NCBI GenBank assembly: GCA_038142205.1
Contig: JAYQJO010000001.1
Span: 2,553,659-2,617,658, forward strand
Direction of reading: 5' to 3'
Source of the DNA: Pseudomonadota bacterium
Lineage (GTDB): Bacteria; Pseudomonadota; Gammaproteobacteria; Eutrophobiales; Eutrophobiaceae
Length of the DNA: 64,000 nt
A program made the translations under genes and the position numbers. This document shows positions 17,292-28,429 of this stretch, one piece after another. How positions within the stretch are numbered: position 1 is the stretch's first letter; every line of letters begins with the position of its first letter. The notes under the pieces were generated by a model. The model worked only from the letters and a program-made list of their open reading frames with translations. It was not told the DNA's origin and did not search any database.

Positions 17292-19789
17292 TTAAATTTT
17301 TCTTAAAACGGTCATAGGTGGCGTTGTCAGCACTTTTCTTGTGCCATATAAACCTGTTGAGACAATAATCAAACAGCAGGCAAGCGGTGCGACAATCCAG
17401 ATTAGGGGTTAATTGCAATATCGATTTTGAATACGTATTCCGCAAGAATCAATTCAATAGTAGTTGCTGCTATTGCTGAAAGGATACCTGTAATTAATCC
17501 GAGAAAAAGAAATTCTGCAACCAGACCGGAAACGATCTGTTTACGCCTTGCGCCTAGGGCACTCATTAACGCGGCTTCGTTAGTTCGTTCATCGTGCGTG
17601 CTTTGTATAGCCGCAAATAAAACAGTCAGTCCGGTCAAAATGGTGAAAATAAATACAAACTCAACAGCGCGAATAACCTGTTGCATAATATTTTTGACCT
17701 GAGTCAGAATTGCATCCATATCAAGAATAGTCATGCTCGGAAACTGCCTGACTAAATTGATTAGTAACAAGCGTTGCTCTGCCGGAAGATAAAAACTAGT
17801 AATGTAGGTACTTGAAAATGATCCAAGTGCTTCCGGATTTGAGACAACGAAAAAGTTAACGTTAAATGAATCCCACTCAAGCCAGCGGACACTAGTGACT
17901 TTACCGGTAATCATTTCACCGGCAATAAAATAAGTGAGTTCATCACCAAGTTTGATACCCAGTTTTTCAGCAATGCCTTCTTCGATAGAAAAATAATTTT
18001 TACTACGATCAGTGTTATCCCACCATTCACCTTCAATAATCTTGTTATCGGCCTGCATTGTTTCTGCAAACGACAAGTTAAATTCACGCGTTGCCAGTCG
18101 TTTAGTTCGAGGTTCTCTATAGTTATCTGCACTAACAGGCTGATCATTTATTTTCATCAAGCGACCACGGATCATTGGATGCAATGATACTTCCTTATTC
18201 AACTCTTTCGTTATCATATTCCTGATGTCTTCAGCCTGATCGGCTTGCATATTAATCAGGAAATAATTTGGTGCATTCTCCGGCAAACGTTCTTTCCAGC
18301 TTTCAAGTAAATCAGTACGTATTAATGTTAATAACAACATAGCCGTTATCCCCAGACCGATGCCAATGATTTGTACAGTACTTTGATTGGAACGGCGCGT
18401 GACATTCGCCAAACCATAGCGCGCAGACATCTTCAGTTTAGGTTGGAGTCGTTTAAGCAGCTTTAACATTTGTTTTGCTACTAACGCTAGAATTATTGCA
18501 GTTATAAAAAGGCCGATTAAAGTATGAAACGTTATTTTGATACTGCCTGATTGCCAGGGGCTTAAAAAAATTAACGTTAATGTGGCGACCAGATAAATTA
18601 TGTAGCTATTTAATGGCAAAGGGTTTAAGTCACGCCGTAAAACACGTAATGGTGATATGGTTCTTAAGCTGAGTAATTGAGGTAGTGCAAATGCCAGCAC
18701 GGTTAATAAACCGGAAAGGATACCTTTTAGAAAAGGTAATAACGAAGGTGCTGGCAAACTGACTTGCGACATGCCGGTCATTAATTTATTCAAACCTTCT
18801 TGCGCTATATAACCAATACCACAACCAAGAAGGCTACATAGCAGTCCAATAATTAATAACTGGTAAAGATAAATCTGTGTGATCTGATTTTGTTGTAAAC
18901 CAAGACAACGCATGATAGCGCAGGAATCATAATGCCTTGAAGCATAGCGCTGCGCAGACATGGCTATTGCTAATCCGGCTAGTGCGATACTGACTAATGT
19001 TGCTAGTCCTAAAAACTGTTCGGCTCTATCCAGTGCTGATTTAATTTCCGGCCGGGCATCACGAATACTTTGTATACGTAGATTACTGTTTTTATTTTTT
19101 TCTGAAGTTTTAACATTCTCGCGAAATTGTTCTATCGTTTTATTGTCGCCACCGAGTAATAAACGGTATTGCACACGACTTGCTGGCAGAATTAATCCTG
19201 TTGCATCAATATCTTCTCTATTCATTAAAAGACGCGGTGCGATATTAAACAAATCGCCACCACGATCCGGTTCATAAGTTAATCTTTTAGAAACAGTAAA
19301 ATTGCTAGCCCCCAGATTAACGTTATCGCCAATAGTAAGATTCAATACTTGCATTAAACGACTATCTACCCAGACTTCGCCTGACGCAGGTACTGAGTCT
19401 GTTATTCTTTCTTCTCCAAACAGACTATCACTGATTTTTAAACTACCACGAATCGGGTAATTAGAATCTACGGCTTTAACTTCAGATAATTCGAGTTTGT
19501 CACCTTTAACAACGACACTGCGAAAGCTTTCATTCAGTGAGTAGGTGAGATTTGAATTAATAGCCCGATCAACAAACTTATCTTCGATTTTAGAGGAGGA
19601 AATTAATAGCAAATCAGCAGCAAGTAACTCTGTTGCTTGTTGTTCTGTTGCGCGATGAACACGATCTATAAAAAAACTGACTGACGTTAAACAGGCAACA
19701 GCAAGAATAACGGATATACCGATCAAGCGAAGTTCGCCAGACTTCCAGTCTCGTTTTAGTGAGGTTAGTGCAAACTTAAACGTATTCAT
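17292..19789 (-). pseudogene. ybbP: YbbP-like FtsX-family ABC permease, C-terminus out of frame as sequenced
   Basis: The ORF stops at 17402 (..DIAINP*). The adjacent frame continues LIWIVAPLACCLIIVSTGLYGTRKVLTTPPMTVLRKI*, which is the missing last TM. The join requires one extra C in the run 17405-17408. Length 2498 nt is not a multiple of 3. Confidence 0.75.
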
Positions 19790-19812
19790 ATTTTAGAAAT
19801 TTTTTATTAACA

Positions 19813-20499
19813 TTAAGTAGCTTCTTGTTCACTAAGCTGGCCGCCACTGATAACAACCTGGCGGTCGCAATGATTCGCAATCTGATTATCATGCGTCACC
19901 ATGACTAATGTTGTGCCATTCTCTTTATTCATCTTGAATAGCAAATCGATAATGCGCTGTGCTGTTTTTTGATCGAGGTTTCCTGTTGGTTCATCGGCGA
20001 ATAATATTTTAGGATTACCTGCAAATGCACGTGCAATGGCAACACGTTGTTGTTCACCGCCGGAAAGTTGATTCGGATAATGATGTAGTCGTTCAGCCAA
20101 GCCAACTTGTTCAAGCTTTTCTTTTGCCTGATTCATTGCATTGTCATTATCTGTCAGTTCAAGTGCTAAAGACGCATTCTCCAAAGCGGTGAGTCCAGGT
20201 AATAAATGAAATGATTGAAAAACAAAGCCAACCGATTGTGCACGAATTTTTGCCCTACCGTCTTCATCATGTTCAGATAAATCTGTGCCGTCGAGTATTA
20301 CTTTGCCTTGTGTTGGTGTATCCAGCCCTGCAAGTAAGCCAAGCAATGTTGATTTTCCCGAGCCGGAAACACCGATGATGGCTAAACTTTCTCCTTCTTT
20401 AATAGACAAATTAATATCATTAAGAATCGTTAAAGTACCCTCGGGACTAATAACTTGCTTTCCGATTGCATTCGCTTGCACAATGTTCACAGGAGACAT
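19813..20499 (-). CDS. ybbA: ABC transporter ATP-binding protein (YbbA-like)
   Basis: 228 aa with Walker [10 protein letters not shown], signature LSGGEQQR and Walker B LFADEPT. Confidence 0.85.
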   Translation of the reverse strand: MSPVNIVQANAIGKQVISPEGTLTILNDINLSIKEGESLAIIGVSGSGKSTLLGLLAGLDTPTQGKVILDGTDLSEHDEDGRAKIRAQSVGFVFQSFHLLPGLTALENASLALELTDNDNAMNQAKEKLEQVGLAERLHHYPNQLSGGEQQRVAIARAFAGNPKILFADEPTGNLDQKTAQRIIDLLFKMNKENGTTLVMVTHDNQIANHCDRQVVISGGQLSEQEAT

Positions 20500-20501
20500 A
20501 A

Positions 20502-21113
20502 ATGATTTACCGTTTATTTTTAATTTTCTTGTTTATTTTATCGCCTGTTACGCTACAGGCGAAAACTATACTTATCGTTGGCGACAGTATAAGCGCAGCT
20601 TATGCTATTCCAGTAGAAAAAGGTTGGGTTTCATTACTGGAGCAACGCTTATCAGAACAAAAAACGGTACATAAAGTTGTCAATGCCAGTATTGTCGGCG
20701 AAACAACATTTGGCGGGGTGATGCGATTATTGCCACTACTTGAAAAACACCAGCCGGACATTGTCGTGATTGAGCTTGGTGGTAATGATGGCTTAATGGG
20801 GGCTGATTTAAACGATATTGAAAATAATTTAATCACAATGGTGGGCATGGTTAAGGAAACAAATAGCGATGTTTTGCTTGTACCCATGCAAATGCCGCCT
20901 AATTATGGCCAAAAGTATATGCAAGGTTTCGCATCAATTTATCAACAGGTTGCTGAAAAAGCGAATATCTCTTTAACCACATTTATTTATAAAGATATCG
21001 CAGAGGTTCCTGACCTAATGATGTCAGATGGTATTCATCCTGTTGAATCTGCTCACCCGATTATGTTGGAAAATATATGGCCATCATTATCTGCATTATT
21101 AAATAAAGAATAA
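20502..21113 (+). CDS. tesA: SGNH arylesterase / thioesterase I
   Basis: 203 aa with a signal peptide and the GDSIS, GGNDG and DGIHP blocks. It is divergent from ybbA, as in enterobacteria. Confidence 0.8.
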   Translation: MIYRLFLIFLFILSPVTLQAKTILIVGDSISAAYAIPVEKGWVSLLEQRLSEQKTVHKVVNASIVGETTFGGVMRLLPLLEKHQPDIVVIELGGNDGLMGADLNDIENNLITMVGMVKETNSDVLLVPMQMPPNYGQKYMQGFASIYQQVAEKANISLTTFIYKDIAEVPDLMMSDGIHPVESAHPIMLENIWPSLSALLNKE

Positions 21114-21114
21114 G

Positions 21115-21680
21115 ATGAAATATTGTTGCTATTGCAGTGCGGAATTAATTTACGCTATACCGGTTGATGATAATCGTCATCGTTATATTTGCCATAGTTG
21201 TGAGACCGTTCATTATCAGAATCCGAAAATCGTAGCTGGCTGTATTCCTGTATGGAAAAATGAAGTTTTATTGTGCAAACGTGCGATTGAACCGCGTTAT
21301 GGTTACTGGACTTTGCCGGCCGGGTTTATGGAATTAGGTGAAACCAGTGTTGAAGCAGGTATACGGGAAACAGTGGAAGAAGCCAATGCTCGAGTGAAAG
21401 TCGAAGACCTTTTTGCTGTCTTCAGTCTGCCATATATTGGACAGGTCTATATGATGTTTCGAGCAAGTTTGCTTGATCTGGATTTTTCAGCTGGTGTCGA
21501 GAGTCTGGAAGTTCGACTATTTAAGGAAGAGGAGATTCCGTGGGATGAACTCGCATTCACAACAATACAAGCGACATTGAAATCTTATTTTGAAGATAGA
21601 AAAAAGGTGTTTTTTCTTTACATACTGGCGATGTTATTAAAACAGAAGTCGGCTATGAATTTGTCCCGACTTTGCTCTAG
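21115..21680 (+). pseudogene. Zn-ribbon NUDIX hydrolase, frameshifted in an A6 run as sequenced
   Basis: It has a CxxC...CxxC ribbon and the Nudix box GFMELGETSVEAGIRETVEEA. After A6 (21600-21605) the +1 frame reads GVFSLHTGDVIKTEVGYEFVPTLL*, ending at 21680. The ORF-track tail to 21834 overlaps a well-supported minus-strand gene. Confidence 0.7.
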
Positions 21681-21685
21681 TTTTT

Positions 21686-21889
21686 CTAGACTTCTACCCA
21701 GGTGCCATTACAGGCTTCGTAAGCTTTTCCATCTACGGCGATACGATCTCCGTTTTCGAATGCTTCGTCGTTCCAATAACATTGAACGCCTTCTACTGTT
21801 AACACGGTTGCATCATCGTCTACAGGCCCTGTAATTTTTGATGTTTTCTTTGCTGGATCAGCGGCTTTAACTGCTTTCGGATCTGACAT
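21686..21889 (-). CDS. small conserved hypothetical protein (67 aa)
   Basis: Strong RBS AGGAGG 6 nt upstream of the ATG. It encodes ...GPVDDDATVLTVEGVQCYWNDEAFENGDRIAVDGKAYEACNGTWVEV. Confidence 0.6.
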   Translation of the reverse strand: MSDPKAVKAADPAKKTSKITGPVDDDATVLTVEGVQCYWNDEAFENGDRIAVDGKAYEACNGTWVEV

Positions 21890-21961
21890 AGCTTCCTCCT
21901 GTGTAGATTATGTTCCCTATAATAATGCCGGAATTACAATTCTTCCAGCAATCATAAAATA

Positions 21962-23606
21962 TTATTTTAGTTTAGCTCTGTTACTGATAGCGTTCAAAAT
22001 AGTATGGCTGGAATTCGCATCACAATCAAAAGTTTCACTATTATCTATGTTTGCGGCTGTTGCCATATCCAGGCTGCATAAACAGATAAATCCAGCATCA
22101 TTCAACAGGCTGCTTATTTCTGCAATATTTCCAGCAAGTTCGTTTTCGTCGAGTACAATGCAAGCATTACCCATATCTAATAATAGCCGTTCAACTTCAC
22201 GCGCTGTTTGTGATTTATTTTCACCTGTAAGACAAGCGGTAAAAGACTGCTGACCATAACGTGCAATCCGTTCTTCTTCAGTAAGAGGTGATAATTCATC
22301 ATTTTCAATTGCACCGATAATCATGCCTGCTGCGACTGTACCATAACTAAAACGATCAATAATAATAAACGCGCCAGAACCATGACTTAACTTATAGGAA
22401 TCAAAAGGAACGGAAGCAGTGAGTGTGACATCACAGTGACCAATTTCATTCAGATTTAGCTCGTCTGCATCTGACTTTTCTAATGTGTTCACATCGATTC
22501 TATAATTAATTTTTGATACCGAACCGTTTATGAGCTTTGTGCCAACCTTAATATAGTATTGCTTACCAATAGTCATGGCTTGTTCAGTCATCCAGACAAT
22601 TTTGGCATTAAACTTATTGTTTATTAGTGGTAAGTCATCACTATGGGCAAGCATGTCGCCCCGACTGACATCTATTTCATCTTCAAGTGTCAGAGTAATG
22701 GCCATCGGTGGAAAGGCTTCTTCCAGCTCGCCTTCGCTTGTCACTATCGCTTTAACTTTGCTGGTTTTACCTGACGGTAATGCTGTGATGGAATCACCTT
22801 TTCTAACTATTCCTGCAGCTATCGTGCCGCAGAAACCGCGAAAATCCAGATTAGGGCGATTAACGTATTGCACAGGAAAGCGAAAGTTCTCAAAATTTTG
22901 ATCGGCTGCAATTTCAACCGTTTCAAGAATTTCCATCATAGGCTTACCCTTATACCATGACATTGCAGTACTGCTATTTACGACGTTATCACCTTTTAAC
23001 GCAGAAATAGGTATGAAGCGGGTATCCATTTTTTCCAAGTTCTGTGTGAAGTCGAGGTAGTCGCTTTTTATTTTGTTAAAAACAGCCTCATCATAATCAA
23101 CCAAGTCCATTTTATTAACGGCAACAACAATGTGTTTAATGCCCAGTAAGGAAGCAATAATACTATGACGACGGGTTTGTGTTTGTACACCATAACGAGC
23201 ATCAATAAGAATAATAGCCAGATCGCAGGTTGATGCGCCAGTTGCCATATTACGTGTGTATTGTTCATGGCCCGGTGTATCAGCAATGATGAATTTACGA
23301 TTAGCTGTTGAAAAATAACGATAAGCAACATCAATTGTAATACCTTGCTCACGTTCAGCCTGTAAACCATCAACCAGCAATGCCAAGTCAACATCATCAC
23401 CTGTTGTGCCAGACTTAACACTATCTGCTGTAATTGCGGCAAGATGATCTTCGTAAATCATCTTTGAATCATGCAGTAAGCGACCGATTAACGTACTTTT
23501 ACCATCATCAACACTACCGCAAGTTAATAAACGCAATAATTCTTTTTTCATGCTGCTCAAGATAAGCATCAATGTCTGTACTAATGAGTTCTGATTGATG
23601 TGACAT
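21962..23606 (-). pseudogene. cysN: sulfate adenylyltransferase subunit 1 (CysN) with degenerate APS-kinase-like tail; N-terminus out of frame as sequenced
   Basis: It has the GTPase motif [15 protein letters not shown] 23606, 1 nt after the cysD stop, encodes [20 protein letters not shown], which is CysN-like. This joins the main frame only if the run 23543-23548 is shortened by 1. Length 1645 nt is not a multiple of 3. Confidence 0.8.
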
Positions 23607-23607
23607 C

Positions 23608-24516
23608 TTAAAAATACCCTTCGCGTTTTTTCTGTTCCATTGAGCCTGCCTGATCGTGATCAATCACACGACCCTGACGTTCTGATGTTTTTGTTAATAA
23701 CATTTCTTGAATAATTTCCGGTAAAGTCGCTGCTGTTGATTCGACCGCCCCCGTTAGTGGATAACAACCCAACGTACGAAAACGGACCATTTTCATTTCC
23801 GGTGTTTCGCCTGGTTCCAATGGCATACGATCATCATCAACCATGATGTCGACGCCGTCGCGATTAACTACAGGCCGTTTATCAGCAAAATACAAATTAG
23901 GAATAGGAATATTTTCCAAGTGTATGTATTGCCAAACGTCCAACTCTGTCCAATTCGATAAAGGGAATACACGGATACTTTCACCTTTATCTACTTTACC
24001 ATTGTAGATGTTCCATAATTCAGGGCGCTGGTTCTTAGGATCCCAACGATGGTTTTTATCTCGGAATGAATAAACACGTTCTTTGGCACGCGATTTTTCT
24101 TCATCACGACGCGCGCCACCAAAAGCTGCATCAAACTCATATTTATTTAATGCTTGTTTCAGTGCGTCGGTTTTCATAATAGTGGTGTGTTTTTGGCTAC
24201 CTACTGAAAAAGGGCTGACGCCTGCTTTTACACCTTCCTGATTTGTATGAACTAGCAACTCCAGACCAAGATTTTTTGCTAATTCATCTCTAAATCGAAT
24301 CATTTCTCTAAATTTCCATGTTGTATCAACATGAAGTAATGGAAACGGAGGTTTGCCAGGCGCAAATGCTTTCAGTGCCAGTTGAAGCATTACCGCTGAA
24401 TCTTTACCGATGGAATATAACATGACAGGTTTATCGAATTCGGCAGCGACTTCGCGAATGATATGGATGCTTTCTGCTTCGAGCTGTTTAAGGTGCGTTA
24501 GTTTATAGTTAGTCAT
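23608..24516 (-). CDS. cysD: sulfate adenylyltransferase subunit 2
   Basis: Start set at ATG 24516 ([23 protein letters not shown]), giving 302 aa as in CysD. The ORF-track N-terminal extension looks non-coding. Confidence 0.88.
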   Translation of the reverse strand: MTNYKLTHLKQLEAESIHIIREVAAEFDKPVMLYSIGKDSAVMLQLALKAFAPGKPPFPLLHVDTTWKFREMIRFRDELAKNLGLELLVHTNQEGVKAGVSPFSVGSQKHTTIMKTDALKQALNKYEFDAAFGGARRDEEKSRAKERVYSFRDKNHRWDPKNQRPELWNIYNGKVDKGESIRVFPLSNWTELDVWQYIHLENIPIPNLYFADKRPVVNRDGVDIMVDDDRMPLEPGETPEMKMVRFRTLGCYPLTGAVESTAATLPEIIQEMLLTKTSERQGRVIDHDQAGSMEQKKREGYF

Positions 24517-24718
24517 GCTTAAATTTTTAAAAGTATTCATTAAGTTGAAGAAGCACGAATAAACAAAAAAGTTCTGATGTCCACGCTTCAAAAAGCGGGG
24601 CATTATAGCAGAAGCCATTATCTCGGCTAGTTCATCCTTAGAACTTAATGTAATGACTTTATTCCTGATGGCTAGTTATACACGAGCTGCCTTAGTTCGA
24701 TTAATTTCTTAACTGATG

Positions 24719-24746
24719 TTGACATCGGCAAATATTAGACTATATT
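24719..24746 (+). promoter_or_regulatory. sigma70-type promoter of groESL (TTGACA-16-TATATT)
   Basis: TTGACA at 24719-24724 and TATATT at 24741-24746, with a 16-nt spacer. Confidence 0.65.
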
Positions 24747-24772
24747 TAGCACTCACTATATAGGAGTGCTAA
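24746..24772 (+). promoter_or_regulatory. CIRCE (HrcA operator) TTAGCACTC-N9-GAGTGCTAA
   Basis: Perfect match to the CIRCE consensus. It starts at the last base of the -10 box and lies 57 nt upstream of groES. Confidence 0.9.
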
Positions 24773-24828
24773 CAGATTTTGTTAGTTCTTTAAAATCAAC
24801 AGGTTAGGAATTAAGGAGGTTTGCTTCA

Positions 24829-25116
24829 ATGAATATCCGACCATTACATGATCGTGTGATTGTGAAACGCGTGGAAGAAGACAAAGTGTCACCAGGCGGA
24901 ATTGTTATCCCCGATTCAGCAACAGAAAAACCAATCGAAGGCGAAATTATTGCTGTCGGTAACGGTAAATTATTGGATAACGGTGAGTTACGTGCACTGG
25001 ATCTTAAGAAAGGTGACAAAGTGTTATTTGGCAAGTATTCCGGTACTGAAGTCAAAGTCGGCGGTGAAGATTTATTAGTTCTTCGCGAAGACGACATCAT
25101 GGGCGTCATTGAGTAA
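24829..25116 (+). CDS. groES: co-chaperonin GroES
   Basis: 95 aa beginning [14 protein letters not shown].... Confidence 0.97.
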   Translation: MNIRPLHDRVIVKRVEEDKVSPGGIVIPDSATEKPIEGEIIAVGNGKLLDNGELRALDLKKGDKVLFGKYSGTEVKVGGEDLLVLREDDIMGVIE

Positions 25117-25129
25117 TTCAAATAAATAA

Positions 25130-26812
<1,683 letters not shown>

Positions 26813-26876
26813 TTGCTTCCTAACATCTTTGTCCACTTAAACTTTGTGTTTAGAGTTTAAGTAAGAGTGTTAAGAG

Positions 26877-26910
26877 ACCGACCTGCATGAACTTGTAGGT
26901 CGGTTTTTTT
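26877..26910 (+). terminator. rho-independent terminator of groESL
   Basis: Stem ACCGACCT/AGGTCGGT followed by a T7 run. Confidence 0.85.
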
Positions 26911-27125
26911 ATGTATATGACATTATCTGACAGCTAATTGAATTCACAGCTACAAACAGACTTTATATTCTTTTCATCTAGCTCTTTATTATCAGCATCA
27001 TGCTTAGAGTGCTAACTTCCCTTTTAATAAAAAAGTCTGATATCTTCTAAAGCACATTAAACTTTTAGCCGATAACTCCATTAACTGGATAGCTAAATAC
27101 AGTTATTGTATTTACAGGAGGTTTT

Positions 27126-27752
27126 ATGTCTCACTCAGCAAATGATGTTAAGTTAATTACTGATCTTAACGTGAATGAATATTTTAATGATGCTATTCAT
27201 GACGCTATTACTCACCAACACGTTCACTTAAACGAAGATACGGTCGTATATATTGTCAACCTGCTAACGTATTACACGCTTTCTGAAAATGTATTTGAAA
27301 TGGAAGAGGATGGCTTATCATCTAAGCCCCTAGCTTTTATTTATAAAGATGCGATCGAAGCCAGTTCGGATGAAGAGCGTAATGCCTGTTTTAGAAAGCT
27401 TGGTGATACTGCATTGTTTACTTCCGGTTTTTTTTCGGCAAGTCTTGAACGTTCAGCAGTGGGTGTCGATTATTTTATTGCTATGGGTGGTAGTGCTTAT
27501 AGTTACCTAGCGGATAAAATGCCGCGTACGATACCGGATAGAAGTTTAAATTTCGTGTTTAATGATCTTGCTGCACATTTTATGAATTGTGTTGATGTGC
27601 TGACTGAAGTGAGTGAAAGTAGCGACTTGGTTGATGACAGAGATGTATTGGATCTCTATGAGTCATGGCGTAATACAGGTAGCGATTATGCCAAACAAAA
27701 GCTAGAGGAAAACGGCATTCTGACTTTTCCTGTTAGTCAGCAATCGCATTAA
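27126..27752 (+). CDS. hypothetical protein (family also present at 52223-52765)
   Basis: 208 aa with a strong RBS (AGGAGG). No family recognised. It is a distant paralogue of the 52223 ORF. Confidence 0.6.
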   Translation: MSHSANDVKLITDLNVNEYFNDAIHDAITHQHVHLNEDTVVYIVNLLTYYTLSENVFEMEEDGLSSKPLAFIYKDAIEASSDEERNACFRKLGDTALFTSGFFSASLERSAVGVDYFIAMGGSAYSYLADKMPRTIPDRSLNFVFNDLAAHFMNCVDVLTEVSESSDLVDDRDVLDLYESWRNTGSDYAKQKLEENGILTFPVSQQSH

Positions 27753-27767
27753 ACAGAAAAAAACACC

Positions 27768-28417
27768 ATGGCTCTGGATTATTTTCAGCAGCAATTACAG
27801 ACTATCTATGAAATAAGGGTTGACCATTCTGTTAATGACTTTCTGATAACAGATAAAATGCTTGCCGATCATTTATCATGCGAAAGTTCAAATAATAATG
27901 ATGAACGATTATTAATTTCACAGCATGAAGATGGAATCGACTTATCTTTGTATATTTCTGCGGATGTTTATAAACATCTTGAAAACTCTCATCCAATTAA
28001 CCTTGTAAAGCAGGGTAAACATTCCGAGTTTTGTTTAATGTTAGAAGGTGTTAGTCACTTTTTATATGTTGTTTGGAATGCCAATCATCATAGGCAAGTG
28101 ACTATGCTGGAAATGGAGTTACAGGCAGAAATTGACAAGTTTATTTTGATGCAGGCTTTGGTTGATCATGAACAAGGTATGACTCGATAAGAAATCTTCG
28201 AAACTGGTTATTTGAAAATAATGCATATGATTCAGAATTGAATTCAAATGAACTCGAACGATATGAACAAGCAAACTACTATGCTGCGAAATACTGCATG
28301 GCCTTACAACAGAACTATAAACTGTCTGGATTAAACCGGGAGTTGCTTAATGATTTACGGCGTTTATACCGTATGAGTCAGCAAGAAAAAATGCGTTATA
28401 TAAATAAACTGAATTAA
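27768..28417 (+). pseudogene. hypothetical protein, probably frameshifted near its 140th codon
   Basis: The 140-aa ORF ends at TAA 28188-28190. A start-less frame open from 28172 to TAA 28415-28417 (81 codons) encodes ...NLRNWLFENNAYDSELNSNELERYEQANYYAAKYCMALQQ.... Length 650 nt is not a multiple of 3. Confidence 0.5.
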
Positions 28418-28429
28418 TAGTTCTGTTTA

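Noticed and set aside
21600-21605. Programmed ribosomal frameshifting or transcriptional slippage at the A6/T6 runs (also 23543-23548, 51069-51074, 56617-56622)
   Set aside because: The runs are short compared with the runs of 9 or more As known to give rescue by slippage. No slippery heptamer plus downstream structure was seen. The required corrections go in both directions (+1 and -1). Sequence error or plain mutation is the simpler explanation.
24517-24618. ORF-track N-terminal extension of cysD (34 codons)
   Set aside because: The extension is not CysD-like. The internal Met gives the canonical 302-aa protein.
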